Counted from the stretch's first letter, positions 29,592-38,828 are shown. The stretch is DNA of 52,742 bases from Candidatus Methylacidiphilales bacterium (GCA_044351535.1 JBILFP010000001.1:1-52742); one strand, 5' to 3'. The notes: a model not told the origin generated them from the letters alone. Made by a program: numbers and translations.

Positions 29592-30407
29592 TCAGATAAC
29601 GTCTGCAAAGGTTTTCTCCGTCGCTCTGAAGTATCGAACCCCAAACCACAAAAAGAACGCCGTGATCGCCAGCGACGCCGCGAACCCCGGCCAGTAGATC
29701 GCAAACTCCCCCCCGCAGATCGCCCACCGGAACCCGTCAATCACCCCCACCATCGGGTTCAGACTGTACAACAGCCGCCACTGCTCCGGCACCACGTCGC
29801 TCCGGAACCCCACCGGCGAGATATACAGCCCGAACTGCACCACGAACGGGATCACGTACCGGAAATCCCGGTACTTCACGTTCAGCGCCGTCACGAACAA
29901 CCCCGGCCCGATCGCCGCCAAAAACGCCAGCCCCACCCAAAGCGGCAACGTCAGAATCTGGATCCCAGGCGCGAACCCGTACCACACCATCAGCGCCGCC
30001 AGTATCACAAAGCTGATCAGGAAATCCACAAAGCCCACGATCACCGCACCCGCCGGGATGATCAGCCGGGGGAAATACACCTTGCTGATCAGGTTGGCGT
30101 TGCTCACCAGACTGCCGCTCGATTCCGACAGCGCGTTGCTGAAGAACTGCCACGGCAACATCCCCGCAAACACGAGGATCGGGTACGGGATCCCGCCCGA
30201 GGGCAACCCCGCGATCTTCCCGAACACCACCGTGAACACCACCATCGTCAGAAACGGCCGGAGCAGCGCCCACACCACCCCGATCACCGTCTGCTTGTAC
30301 CGCACCAACAGGTCCCGCCACGCCAGGAAGTAGAACAGCTCCCGGTACCGCCACAGATCGCGCCAGTAGTGGCGCTCGGCGCGACCGGGCTCTAGTACAA
30401 GGTTCAT
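29592..30407 (-). CDS. wzm: Polysaccharide ABC transporter permease
   Basis: YRELFYFLAWRDLLVRYKQTVIG..W, LISKVYFPR, LNVKYRDF, LNPM. Confidence 0.95.
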   Translation of the reverse strand: MNLVLEPGRAERHYWRDLWRYRELFYFLAWRDLLVRYKQTVIGVVWALLRPFLTMVVFTVVFGKIAGLPSGGIPYPILVFAGMLPWQFFSNALSESSGSLVSNANLISKVYFPRLIIPAGAVIVGFVDFLISFVILAALMVWYGFAPGIQILTLPLWVGLAFLAAIGPGLFVTALNVKYRDFRYVIPFVVQFGLYISPVGFRSDVVPEQWRLLYSLNPMVGVIDGFRWAICGGEFAIYWPGFAASLAITAFFLWFGVRYFRATEKTFADVI

Positions 30408-30425
30408 GGTTTTAGGTCGGTCATA

Positions 30426-30478
30426 GGTAGGCCACTTCCGATGGAAGTGGCTGCCACTTTTATCAAAAGTGGCCTACC
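30426..30478. repeat. REPIN family B, copy 2
   Basis: ggtaggccacttccgatggaagtggctgccacttttatcaaaagtggcctacc. Confidence 0.9.
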
Positions 30479-30513
30479 TAGCTTCAAGCTTTTCCTAATC
30501 CTAATCCTTCCAC

Positions 30514-31620
30514 CTAATCCAACTTCGCAACGATCGTTGCGAACGTTCTCGCTCCATCCTCGGACTTCCAATCTTTCGTCGGCGCGTTCCCCAGCCTTCC
30601 AATCGCCTCCGCCACGGCTTCCCCGCTGCTCCCGGCCGGCAGGGTCTCGCCCCAACCGTGCTTGCGGATCTCGATCGCCGTATCGGCCCGCTCCGGCCCG
30701 ATGAATAGCACCGGCCGGCCGGTCCGCACACACCCGTACAGTTTGCTGGGCACCACCACCCCCTCCCACCCGGCCGACATTGTGATCAAATGCACCCGGG
30801 CGGAACCCAGCAGGCCGGGCGTCTCCTCCTCGCTCGCATACTCGGTCACCTTCACGTTGGCCATCCGGTGGCTCTCCCTCCGCAGCGGCCGCTCCTTTGC
30901 CCCGCGCACGGCAAAGCGGACGGTCCAACCTTTCGGCAAATGCGGCGCAGCCGCCAAAATCTCCCGGTAAGAGTGAGCCTCACCGAGGTTCCCCGCATAC
31001 AGCGCCAGATTGGGGAATTTCCCCTCCTGCGCCCGAACCATCCCTTCGCGGTTGTCCCAGGGCGACACCACCTCGCACCGCACTTTCTTCGCCAACTCCG
31101 CACCCAGCAATTCCCTCTGCGTCTCCCCCAGGCACACCAGCAGATCGGCTGCCTCTAGCGACCTCTGCCGGCTTCTCAGGAACGCCCGGTAAAAAACGCA
31201 CCGCTCGTTCATCCGACCAGAGGCGACCAGCGCCTCGGGGTACAGATCCATCAGCCAGGCCACGATCTTCTTCCCGCTCCCCACCTTCCTCCGGACGCGC
31301 CGGACCAGCCACGGTAACAGCGGCGGGTCGGTCATCAAGATGCAGGTGTCCCACTCCATCTGCGGGATCCGTTGCCGCGCCTGCAGGGTGAACAGCAGCC
31401 AGGCGGCCGCCCGGGGAATCCCCGACGGCGTCCACAGCCGCACCACTCGGATCCGGTCGTCCCGGGCCGACTGCGCCCCTGCGCCCCCGTACTGCCCGGC
31501 CGACGTCAGCGCCGTCACCTCATGCCCTTGCCGGACTAGCTCCCGCGCCGCATCCAGCGCCATCCGCCCGGTCGGGATCTGTGACCCGCCGAAGAACCTG
31601 TTCGCTATTAAAATTTTCAT
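30514..31620 (-). CDS. Glycosyltransferase family 4 (WcaI-like)
   Basis: NRFFGG, MTDPP, WLMDLYPE, YAGNLGEAH, GVVVPSKLYG...GRPVLFIG. Confidence 0.85.
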   Translation of the reverse strand: MKILIANRFFGGSQIPTGRMALDAARELVRQGHEVTALTSAGQYGGAGAQSARDDRIRVVRLWTPSGIPRAAAWLLFTLQARQRIPQMEWDTCILMTDPPLLPWLVRRVRRKVGSGKKIVAWLMDLYPEALVASGRMNERCVFYRAFLRSRQRSLEAADLLVCLGETQRELLGAELAKKVRCEVVSPWDNREGMVRAQEGKFPNLALYAGNLGEAHSYREILAAAPHLPKGWTVRFAVRGAKERPLRRESHRMANVKVTEYASEEETPGLLGSARVHLITMSAGWEGVVVPSKLYGCVRTGRPVLFIGPERADTAIEIRKHGWGETLPAGSSGEAVAEAIGRLGNAPTKDWKSEDGARTFATIVAKLD

Positions 31621-31658
31621 CTAACGATTCCGCACTTAAGCTTGCCAGTTGTACGCTC

Positions 31659-31960
31659 GGTAGGGGCGATGGTCCCTGGCCTTCGTAGTCCCGCCGTGCG
31701 GGACGAAGTAGGCCCCATCGCCCGATTGTAAGATGTCCGATTGCCCGCTGACCATCGGTCGACTGGGACAGTCGTCCCTACCAAACATTCCCCTCTCTGT
31801 TTTCATTCGTTCTGTAGGGACGCGCTGAATTCTCCGAAGCCCGAACGGCCGAAGGAGAACCGCCGCGTCCACTCGGTAGGGGCGATGGTCCCCATCGCCC
31901 GATCGAATGATTTTCGGTTGCTCATCTCACCATCGGACGACTGGGACAGTCGTCCCTACC
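31659..31960. repeat. Cluster of family-C REPINs with nested hairpin insertions
   Basis: REPINs 31659-31782 and 31875-31960, plus a single REP at 31814-31871. The first carries a 39-bp hairpin in its loop. Confidence 0.85.
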
Positions 31961-32010
31961 CAGGTTGAATTTATTCGTAAACGTAATCGTAACCGTAAAC
32001 GAAGAGTCGT

Positions 32011-33138
32011 TCATCTGAGTCCGAAGCTTTCCAGCAGTTGCTTCACTTTTGTCCGAAACGCCGCCCGTCCGAAGTACCGGTCGGCGGCCGCGTGCAGTTT
32101 GCGGGAATCCGGCGGGGTGTCCGTGAGCAGCCGTTCCAACCCCTGCTCCAGCTCGGCCGGGTTGTCGGGATCGACGAGGATGCCGAGCTCCCCGTGGCGC
32201 AACGCGTCCACCGCGGCATCCTTGTTCCCGCCGAGGCACCGCTTCCCGCAACCCATCGCCTCGAGGTAGACGATGCCGAACCCTTCCCGCTTGCTCGGCA
32301 TGGCGAAGGCGTCGGCCATCCGGTAGTGGTCGGCCAGCTCCTGGCTCGGGACGAAGCCGGCGAGGATCACGCGGTCGGCCAGGCCCAGCCGGTCGATCTG
32401 GCGCTCCACGTTGGGGCGGTCGTTGCCGCGGCCGACGAGGAGGAACTTCAGCCCGGGAACCTTGCGGGCGAGCGAGGGCAGGACCTCGAGGATCTGGCGG
32501 TAGCCCTTGTACTGCTCCGAGACAACCAGCCGGGAGACGCAGAGGAGCACCTTGTCGGCGGGCCGCAGCCGGTACCGCTCCCGGAGGCCGGCCGGGGCGG
32601 GCCCCGGCGAAAAGCGGACGGGATCGAAGGTGTCGGGGATCACCTGGAACCGGTCGTCGGCAAGGTGCAGCTCGTCCTTCAGCCGGTTTTTCGTGTAGTC
32701 GCTCACCGGAAGGATCTTCCTCACCTGCCGCAGGGCCTCACGGATCCTCCCGGGGGGCAGATCCCATACCTCGACCCCGTGGGCGCTGACAGCCGCGGGA
32801 ATGCACCGCCACTTTTGGAGCCAGGTAGCGACCGGGGAAAAGTTCGCGTGGGTGGACAGGATCAGGTCAGGCCCTTCCAGAAAGGCCACGGCCAACAGGA
32901 GGAGGGCAAAGGCCGGGGTCCGCAGGACGGCCGGGATGTTCCCGGTGGCGTAGGTCTTCACTTTGCCGCCAAACCGCTCTCGGAGGGCCTTCGGATCGTC
33001 CAGCTTGCTCAGGACGGTGACGCGGTCCGGCCCCAAAATCCCCGCCACCGCCTCCACCATTTCGATGGAATAGCTCTGAATCCCCCCTTCCCTCGCGATG
33101 AGCTCAGGAACCCAGATTTGGAGCTTTCCGGTTTTCAA
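32011..33138 (-). CDS. Glycosyltransferase family 4
   Basis: GGIQ.Y, AHGVEVW, VSRL...EQYKG, ADAFAMPSKREGFGIVYLEAMGCG. Confidence 0.92.
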   Translation of the reverse strand: MKTGKLQIWVPELIAREGGIQSYSIEMVEAVAGILGPDRVTVLSKLDDPKALRERFGGKVKTYATGNIPAVLRTPAFALLLLAVAFLEGPDLILSTHANFSPVATWLQKWRCIPAAVSAHGVEVWDLPPGRIREALRQVRKILPVSDYTKNRLKDELHLADDRFQVIPDTFDPVRFSPGPAPAGLRERYRLRPADKVLLCVSRLVVSEQYKGYRQILEVLPSLARKVPGLKFLLVGRGNDRPNVERQIDRLGLADRVILAGFVPSQELADHYRMADAFAMPSKREGFGIVYLEAMGCGKRCLGGNKDAAVDALRHGELGILVDPDNPAELEQGLERLLTDTPPDSRKLHAAADRYFGRAAFRTKVKQLLESFGLR

Positions 33139-33157
33139 TTTAAAGCGACCCGTCTTT

Positions 33158-33217
33158 TCGTGGACGATTACGATTACGTTTACGCCGCTGTGAATTGATC
33201 ATTTCGTAAACGTAACC
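33158..33217. repeat. Inverted pair of hexamer blocks (right flank of TA module 3 in transcription direction)
   Basis: tcgtggacgattacgattacgtttacg ... ttgatcatttcgtaaacgtaacc. Confidence 0.85.
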
Positions 33218-33258
33218 AATGCTCTCTGTAGGGCCCCAGGCCCAAGAGCCACAACTCA

Positions 33259-33582
33259 TCAAGCCTCTTCCAGCGTTAGCTCCACATATTGGCCGGCTTG
33301 GATGGATGCAATGGCGGCCAGAACCTCGGATGATCTTTTTTCCAAAACACCGATGTCATTGGTCGAGAGCTGGAGAATCGCGATTTTTCGGCCCTTCAAA
33401 TTCTGTTGGTAACGGATGCCCTGATCGCAGGTCAAAAAGAGGTCAAACTTGGCTTCGGCCAGCTTGAGGAGTTCCCCGTTCTGGATTCCTTGCCAGCCTT
33501 CCTTTACGGGGCTCGAACAGGTGTGCCCCTTCAGAAGTTTGCTCAGTGGCCAGGGGGCGCACTCGTCGAACAGGATCCTCAC
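33259..33582 (-). CDS. DUF5615 PIN-like toxin
   Basis: MRILFDECAP..L...L..H......GW.G..NGELL..AE..FD.FLT.D..IRYQQNL. Confidence 0.85.
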   Translation of the reverse strand: MRILFDECAPWPLSKLLKGHTCSSPVKEGWQGIQNGELLKLAEAKFDLFLTCDQGIRYQQNLKGRKIAILQLSTNDIGVLEKRSSEVLAAIASIQAGQYVELTLEEA

Positions 33583-33788
33583 GCCGCCGTCAGGATTTCC
33601 TCAGAACGCTCCAGAACCTTGCAAACCATTTCCTTGGTCACGGAAGGGAAGCATTCGACGAACTTTTCCACGGTGTAACCCCTTTCCAGGTACTCAAACA
33701 GGCTCTTCACCGGCACTCGGGTCCCCTTGAACACCGGCACCCCACCCAGAATCGCGGGATCTACGGTGATCAGATCACTCGAGCTCAT
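33579..33788 (-). CDS. DUF433 antitoxin
   Basis: ITVDPAILGGVPVFKGTRVPV..LFEYLE.G......F...FPSV. Confidence 0.92.
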   Translation of the reverse strand: MSSSDLITVDPAILGGVPVFKGTRVPVKSLFEYLERGYTVEKFVECFPSVTKEMVCKVLERSEEILTAA

Positions 33789-33822
33789 ATTTCTAATTTA
33801 TCCCCCCACATATGCCCGTCAA
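33789..33822 (-). promoter_or_regulatory. Leaderless promoter of TA module 3
   Basis: TTGACG-16nt-TAAATT-6nt-ATG. Confidence 0.7.
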
Positions 33823-33839
33823 CTGACCGAAGATCTTCC

Positions 33840-33866
33840 CGTAAACGTAATCGTAACCGTAAACGA
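33840..33866. repeat. Hexamer block flanking TA module 3
   Basis: cgtaaacgtaatcgtaaccgtaaacga, identical to the block at about 31976-32002. Confidence 0.9.
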
Positions 33867-33912
33867 CCAATTCCATCTCCCATCTCCGATAGAGTTCCGT
33901 ACAATCTTTTCT

Positions 33913-35502
33913 ATGGGCAACCGAACCTCGTTCCTCCGCACCATCTACGCCGTGGGCGCCGTGCAGCTGGCTGCCATCTTCCTCGCCTGGTACGGCCAGC
34001 ACGGCCTGATGATGGCGGACAGCATCGCCCTCTTCCTGGCGGACTGGACGGCCTTCACCCTCATGGCCCACCGGCACGCCCGGCTAAGTCCGCTCACGCC
34101 CTCCCGCCTGTCCCAGATCCTCGGGACGATCTGCCTCGCCCTGGGTGTCACCCGGCTCTTCACGATCCAGCCCGCCGATTCCGTGGCCATCATCCTCGGT
34201 TCCTACCTCTGCCTGGGCGGGACATACCTGCTGTTCACGCGCCTGCGGGACATTCCCTCCTGCTGGCCGGAGATGCTGGTGGCGGCCATCGTCCTGCTTC
34301 GCGTCGGCTTCATCGCCGGCACCCTCGATGTCTGGCTGCGCGTGACCCCATGGACCGTGGAAATCGGCAGCTGGTTCCTGTACCTGATGGGCAACGAAAC
34401 TTTGGTGCAGGGCAAAATCATCGCCACACCCATGGGCGCGGTCATCCTGGAGTGGCCCTGCACGGGACTGATGACCGGCGGCGGCCTGATGGCCATCGCC
34501 CTGGCCCTTGCCTTCTCCAAACCCTGGACCCGCGCGGCCAAAGCCTTCATCTTCGCCTCCGGCATCGCTCTCGCGTTTTTGGCTGGTTGCATGCGCGTGG
34601 TTGTCATGTCGTATGTGGTGCAGGACATTCCGAAGTTCCAGTTCTGGCACGGCACCGAGGGCTTCCTCATCTTCGCCGCCGTCACCTACTCCCTCTTCGC
34701 CCTCTCCATCTTCCTCGCCCCCCGCCTCCTCCCCCCCCTCCCCGCCCTCGTGATTTCGACCTCTGACCCCAACTTTTCGACCTCTGACCCCACTCCCCCC
34801 CCCTCAACAGCTTCGGGGACGGGCCTAGGCCCGACCCGGGACGGGCCTAGGCCCGTCCCTCCCCCGCCCCAAGCCGGGCCTACGCCCGTCCCCGAAATCA
34901 TGGCCGGGAAGGTGTTGGCCGTCAGCATGATCGCGGTGGCGGCGGTCGCCTGGGTCAGGTTGCCGCTGGTGGTGGGCAAACACGGGGACTTCCCGTATCC
35001 CGACCTCGCCCCCGCCCTGGAGGCCTCCGCTCCGGAACTGGCCCCGAATCCGGACCCCTACGCGGAAAGTTCCTGGGGTCGCGTGGCCCGCTATCGCCTG
35101 CCGCAGGGGGAACTGATGCTGGGCTTTCGGCCGTCGGGCGACTTTGTCGCCATCCGCACCATCTTCCGCAACCTCGCCGACAACACCCCGACGGAATGGG
35201 AAACGGTCTCCGTACCGGAAGGCTCGGTGGCTTGGCGAGTTCATGACGGAAAGCTGGAGCTGGCCACGCTCGTTCACGCCGGCGGCAAGCTGACAATCAG
35301 CGAGGAGGAGTTCGGCCGCGCCATCGAACGCGCCCGGCTTGATCCGCCCAATCTGGCCCGCTGGTTCATCGGCAAAGCGAAACTTCGCGACCGCCGGGCG
35401 GTGCTGGTGCACCTCCAAGTCGCCGGGGCGGGGGCGGATCAGGTTCAAAGTTTTGTGCCGGGGATTGTTCAAGCTGCGAAACTGACTGCCGGAAAGTTTT
35501 AG
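33913..35502 (+). CDS. Exosortase/archaeosortase-family protein fused to a C-terminal associated domain
   Basis: Multi-TM N-terminal half with the Cys-Arg-His triad (WPCTGL, MRVVVM, FWHG), then a Pro-rich repeat-derived linker, one TM and a soluble domain. Start ATG 33913 follows TACAAT by 7 nt. Confidence 0.75.
   Translation: MGNRTSFLRTIYAVGAVQLAAIFLAWYGQHGLMMADSIALFLADWTAFTLMAHRHARLSPLTPSRLSQILGTICLALGVTRLFTIQPADSVAIILGSYLCLGGTYLLFTRLRDIPSCWPEMLVAAIVLLRVGFIAGTLDVWLRVTPWTVEIGSWFLYLMGNETLVQGKIIATPMGAVILEWPCTGLMTGGGLMAIALALAFSKPWTRAAKAFIFASGIALAFLAGCMRVVVMSYVVQDIPKFQFWHGTEGFLIFAAVTYSLFALSIFLAPRLLPPLPALVISTSDPNFSTSDPTPPPSTASGTGLGPTRDGPRPVPPPPQAGPTPVPEIMAGKVLAVSMIAVAAVAWVRLPLVVGKHGDFPYPDLAPALEASAPELAPNPDPYAESSWGRVARYRLPQGELMLGFRPSGDFVAIRTIFRNLADNTPTEWETVSVPEGSVAWRVHDGKLELATLVHAGGKLTISEEEFGRAIERARLDPPNLARWFIGKAKLRDRRAVLVHLQVAGAGADQVQSFVPGIVQAAKLTAGKF
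34754..34896. repeat. In-frame direct repeat plus palindromic REP-like element in the exosortase linker
   Basis: tttcgacctctgacccca x2 (34754, 34775). Arms ttcggggacgggcctaggcccg (34812) and cgggcctacgcccgtccccgaa (ends 34896) are inverted with one mismatch. Confidence 0.8.
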
Positions 35503-35503
35503 C

Positions 35504-35595
35504 GGTAGGGGCGTGCAGCTTGCTGCGCGCCCGATTGTTGACTCCAACGATTCGATCCTTCAATCGGACGACCAGACAAGCTGGTCGTCCCTACC
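35504..35595. repeat. Divergent family-C REPIN between convergent genes
   Basis: ggtaggggcgtgcagcttgctgcgcgcccgattg ... caatcggacgaccagacaagctggtcgtccctacc. Supplies the TAG stop of 35591..36166. Confidence 0.8.
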
Positions 35596-36166
35596 GAACC
35601 TTTGAGCGGACAACCCTCTTCCGCTCAAAGTCCGAAAACTCATAAAGCTTGGGATCGCGCCTCGGCGGCAGCCGCTTCCTAAGCCGGGTGCGGAGATCTT
35701 CCTTCTCCTTTTTATTGCCCTCCAGTCCTTCCATCCCGTCCATCTTCTCCAAAACATCCCCGTATTCGGACTCGAGCTTGTCGGGATCCTCGCCCTTTTC
35801 GAGCCGGTTGAGCATCTCGCCCATCTCGCCGGGCAGTTTCTGGCCGCTCACCTCCATCATCCGGCGCATCATCCGGCCGAGCACCTTGGGATCGGGATTG
35901 TTCTCGTCCATTTTCGAGAACTCGTCGGCCATTTTCATCATCTCCCGCTCCATCCGGGGATCCATCCCCGGCCCCTCCCCCTCGGGGCCCTCCTTCTTCA
36001 CCGGTTCCTTGGCCCGGCCCGTGAAGGCAAACTGGGAAATCATCTTCTCCATCTTGTGTTTCGGATTATCCGGGCAGAGCGGCACCTCGCCCTCTTTCAA
36101 AGTCCGACGCGCAAAGAAGCTGTAAATGCGATGACTATCGGGAGAGTAGAACTCGTAGATGGGCAT
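35591..36166 (-). CDS. FmdB-like (degenerate zinc-ribbon) protein
   Basis: MPIYEFY...F......P.CP......EK.ISQF N-terminus, helical acidic C-terminus (RLEKGEDPDKLE). Confidence 0.6.
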   Translation of the reverse strand: MPIYEFYSPDSHRIYSFFARRTLKEGEVPLCPDNPKHKMEKMISQFAFTGRAKEPVKKEGPEGEGPGMDPRMEREMMKMADEFSKMDENNPDPKVLGRMMRRMMEVSGQKLPGEMGEMLNRLEKGEDPDKLESEYGDVLEKMDGMEGLEGNKKEKEDLRTRLRKRLPPRRDPKLYEFSDFERKRVVRSKVR

Positions 36167-36171
36167 GCTGT

Positions 36172-36239
36172 TCGATTACGTTTACGTTTACGTCACCGCA
36201 AATTGTTCATTTCTTAAACGTAATCGTAAACGTAAACGG
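36172..36239. repeat. Inverted pair of hexamer blocks
   Basis: cgattacgtttacgtttacg ... ttaaacgtaatcgtaaacgtaaacg. Confidence 0.85.
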
Positions 36240-36241
36240 GC

Positions 36242-37291
36242 TCACGAAGAGCGTTTCTTCCAAGCCTCCACAATCTCACCAAAAATATCATCCAAGCTCT
36301 TCGTGAGTTTCCATCCCGGATAATGCTCCTTCATCTTCCTCAGATCCGAGATGTAACAGATGTGGTCCCCTTCCCGATTCTTGTCCACGTACTCCCACTG
36401 CATCTTCTTGCCGGTGAGTTTCTCACTGGCCGCAAAGGCCTCAAGGATCGAGCAGCTGTTTTGACGACCGCCTCCCAAATTGTAGATCTCGCCGCTGCGC
36501 GGCTTTTCCAGAAACGCAGCGATGAACTTGGCCACATCGAGCGAGTGAATGTTGTCTCGCACCTGCTTGCCCTTGTAGCCGAAAACCTTGTACGTCTTGC
36601 CCTCGAGGTTGCATTTCACGAGGTAGGAGAGAAACCCGTGCAGCTCGACGCCGCTGTGGTTCGGCCCCGTCAGACAGCCGCCACGTAGACAGCAGGTCTT
36701 CATCCCAAAATACCGCCCGTACTCCTGCACCATCACATCCGCAGCCACCTTGGAGGCACCGAATAGGGAGTGCTTGCTGGCATCAATGGAAAAAGTCTCC
36801 GCGATCCCCTCTTGATAGGCCGGGTCGTCGTAATCCCACCGGGTCTCCAGCTCCTTCAGTTTGATCAAGTTGGGTCGGTCTCCGTACACCTTGTTGGTCG
36901 ACATATGGGCAAAGGGACTTTCCGGGCAGGCCCGCCGGGCGGCCTCGAGCAGATTGAGGGTGCCGACGGCGTTGACGTCGAAATCGTCGAAGGGACGGGA
37001 GGCGGCGAGGTCATGGCTGGGCTGGGCGGCGGTGTGGACGATGGCGGTGGGCTTGAGCTTGGCGATAAACTGCAGGACTTTCTCGCGATCACGGATGTCG
37101 AGCTCGTGGTGCTTGAAGCCTTTAAACTGCTTTTCCAACCGCTGCTGGTTCCACCGCGTGTCACCGCCCGGACCGAAGAAGTCGGCCCGCTGGTTGTTGT
37201 CCACCCCGTGTACCTCCGCACCTTGTTCGGCGAAGAAGCTGACAACTTCCGAACCAATCAGGCCGGAAGAGCCGGTGACGAGAAGCTTCAT
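36242..37291 (-). CDS. NAD-dependent sugar epimerase/dehydratase (CDP-paratose 2-epimerase-like)
   Basis: [39 protein letters not shown]. Confidence 0.88.
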   Translation of the reverse strand: MKLLVTGSSGLIGSEVVSFFAEQGAEVHGVDNNQRADFFGPGGDTRWNQQRLEKQFKGFKHHELDIRDREKVLQFIAKLKPTAIVHTAAQPSHDLAASRPFDDFDVNAVGTLNLLEAARRACPESPFAHMSTNKVYGDRPNLIKLKELETRWDYDDPAYQEGIAETFSIDASKHSLFGASKVAADVMVQEYGRYFGMKTCCLRGGCLTGPNHSGVELHGFLSYLVKCNLEGKTYKVFGYKGKQVRDNIHSLDVAKFIAAFLEKPRSGEIYNLGGGRQNSCSILEAFAASEKLTGKKMQWEYVDKNREGDHICYISDLRKMKEHYPGWKLTKSLDDIFGEIVEAWKKRSS

Positions 37292-37323
37292 AACTTAGAC
37301 TTCGGCGGTGAGCGTTGTATTTT

Positions 37324-37375
37324 GGTAGGCCCCTTTTGACAAAAGGGGCGCCACTTCTATCAGAAGTGGCCTACC
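37324..37375. repeat. REPIN family B, copy 3
   Basis: ggtaggccccttttgacaaaaggggcgccacttctatcagaagtggcctacc, with compensatory stem changes. Confidence 0.9.
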
Positions 37376-37425
37376 AAATTTTGACCTTTTGATCCTCAAA
37401 CTTTCGTAAACGTAAACGACAAGTC

Positions 37426-38796
37426 TTATGCCGGCTTGCCGATCGCAAACACCTTGAACCCAATTTCCCGTAGCTTCGCATGCGGGAGGATGTTGCGGCC
37501 GTCGAAAACAAACGCGGGTTTGTACATCCCGTCATGGATTTTTTTGAAATCAAGGGCCTTAAATTCATCCCACTCGGTGAGAACCGCCACGCCGTGGGCC
37601 CCCTGGCAAGCTTCGGCGGCGCTTTTCACCACGACCAGATTCGTGTTTTTCTCTGAACCGAGAACATCGGTGCGGATTTGCGCCTCCGGCACGCGGGGGT
37701 CGTACACGACGACCTTAGCGCCCTCCTTGAGGAGGTCCCGGCACACGGCGATGGCGGCGGTCTCGCGGGTGTCGTTGGTGTCCTTCTTGAAGGCGAAGCC
37801 GAGGACGGCGATGTGCTTGCCGGTAACGGTGCTGAAGAGATCATTCACGATCCGGGCCGAGAAGCGGGACTTCTGCCAGTCGTTCATCTTAACCACGGAT
37901 TCCCAATACGCGGCGACCTCGGGCAGGCCAAAATGTTCGCAGAGATAAACGAGGTCGAGAATATCCTTCTGGAAGCAGGAGCCGCCGAATCCGACGGAGG
38001 CCTTGAGAAACTTTGGGCCGATCCGGGAGTCGGAGCCGATAGCGCGGGCCACCTCGTCCACATCCGCCCCGGTCGCCTCACAGAGACCCGAGATGGCATT
38101 GATAGAAGAAATCCGTTGGGCGAGAAAGGCATTGGCCACCAGTTTGGAGAGCTCGGACGACCAGAGGTTGGTGGTGAGGATCTTGTTGCGCGGAACCCAG
38201 CGGGCGTAGATGGAGGCCAACTTCTCCACGGCAGCCAGGCCCTCGGGGGTTTGTTCCCCGCCGATCAGGATGCGGTCCGGATTTTCCAGGTCGGCCACGG
38301 CGGTTCCTTCCGCCAGAAACTCCGGATTAGACAGCACTTGAAAGGTTCCGTTCTTCGAATTGGAGCGGAGGATGGTGAGCATCGAGGATGCGGTCCGCAC
38401 GGGAATCGTGCTTTTTTCCACGATGATCTTCGGCCCTTCGGCCACTTCGGCGATCATCCGGGCGGCAGACTCCACATAGGTGAGGTCGGCCGCACGGCCG
38501 GCACCGACCCCGTGAGTCTTGGTAGGCGTGCCGACACAGACAAAAATGATATCCGCCGCCTTCACCGCTCCCTTCACATCCGTGGTGAAATGGAGATTTT
38601 TCCCGCGGGCTTTTTTGACGACATCCTCTAGGCCGGGCTCGTAGACCGGCAGCGGCCCCTCATTCCAGGCGCGGATGCGGGGCTCACTCATGTCCGTGAC
38701 GGTGACCTGGATGTCCGGGCACTTGGCCGCGATCATGGCCATGGTGGGTCCGCCGACGTAGCCGGCGCCGAGGCAGCAGATGCGGGTTTGGGACAT
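37426..38796 (-). CDS. ugd: UDP-glucose 6-dehydrogenase
   Basis: [49 protein letters not shown]. Confidence 0.95.
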   Translation of the reverse strand: MSQTRICCLGAGYVGGPTMAMIAAKCPDIQVTVTDMSEPRIRAWNEGPLPVYEPGLEDVVKKARGKNLHFTTDVKGAVKAADIIFVCVGTPTKTHGVGAGRAADLTYVESAARMIAEVAEGPKIIVEKSTIPVRTASSMLTILRSNSKNGTFQVLSNPEFLAEGTAVADLENPDRILIGGEQTPEGLAAVEKLASIYARWVPRNKILTTNLWSSELSKLVANAFLAQRISSINAISGLCEATGADVDEVARAIGSDSRIGPKFLKASVGFGGSCFQKDILDLVYLCEHFGLPEVAAYWESVVKMNDWQKSRFSARIVNDLFSTVTGKHIAVLGFAFKKDTNDTRETAAIAVCRDLLKEGAKVVVYDPRVPEAQIRTDVLGSEKNTNLVVVKSAAEACQGAHGVAVLTEWDEFKALDFKKIHDGMYKPAFVFDGRNILPHAKLREIGFKVFAIGKPA

Positions 38797-38828
38797 CGGA
38801 AGATTAAAGCAAAAAGGGCGGTTTTCGG

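Noticed and set aside
5035-33866. Classical integron with attC sites around the TA pairs
   Set aside because: No IntI in the window, and I could not identify RYYYAAC...GTTRRRY-bounded attC folds. The flanks are GTAG-REPs and tandem blocks
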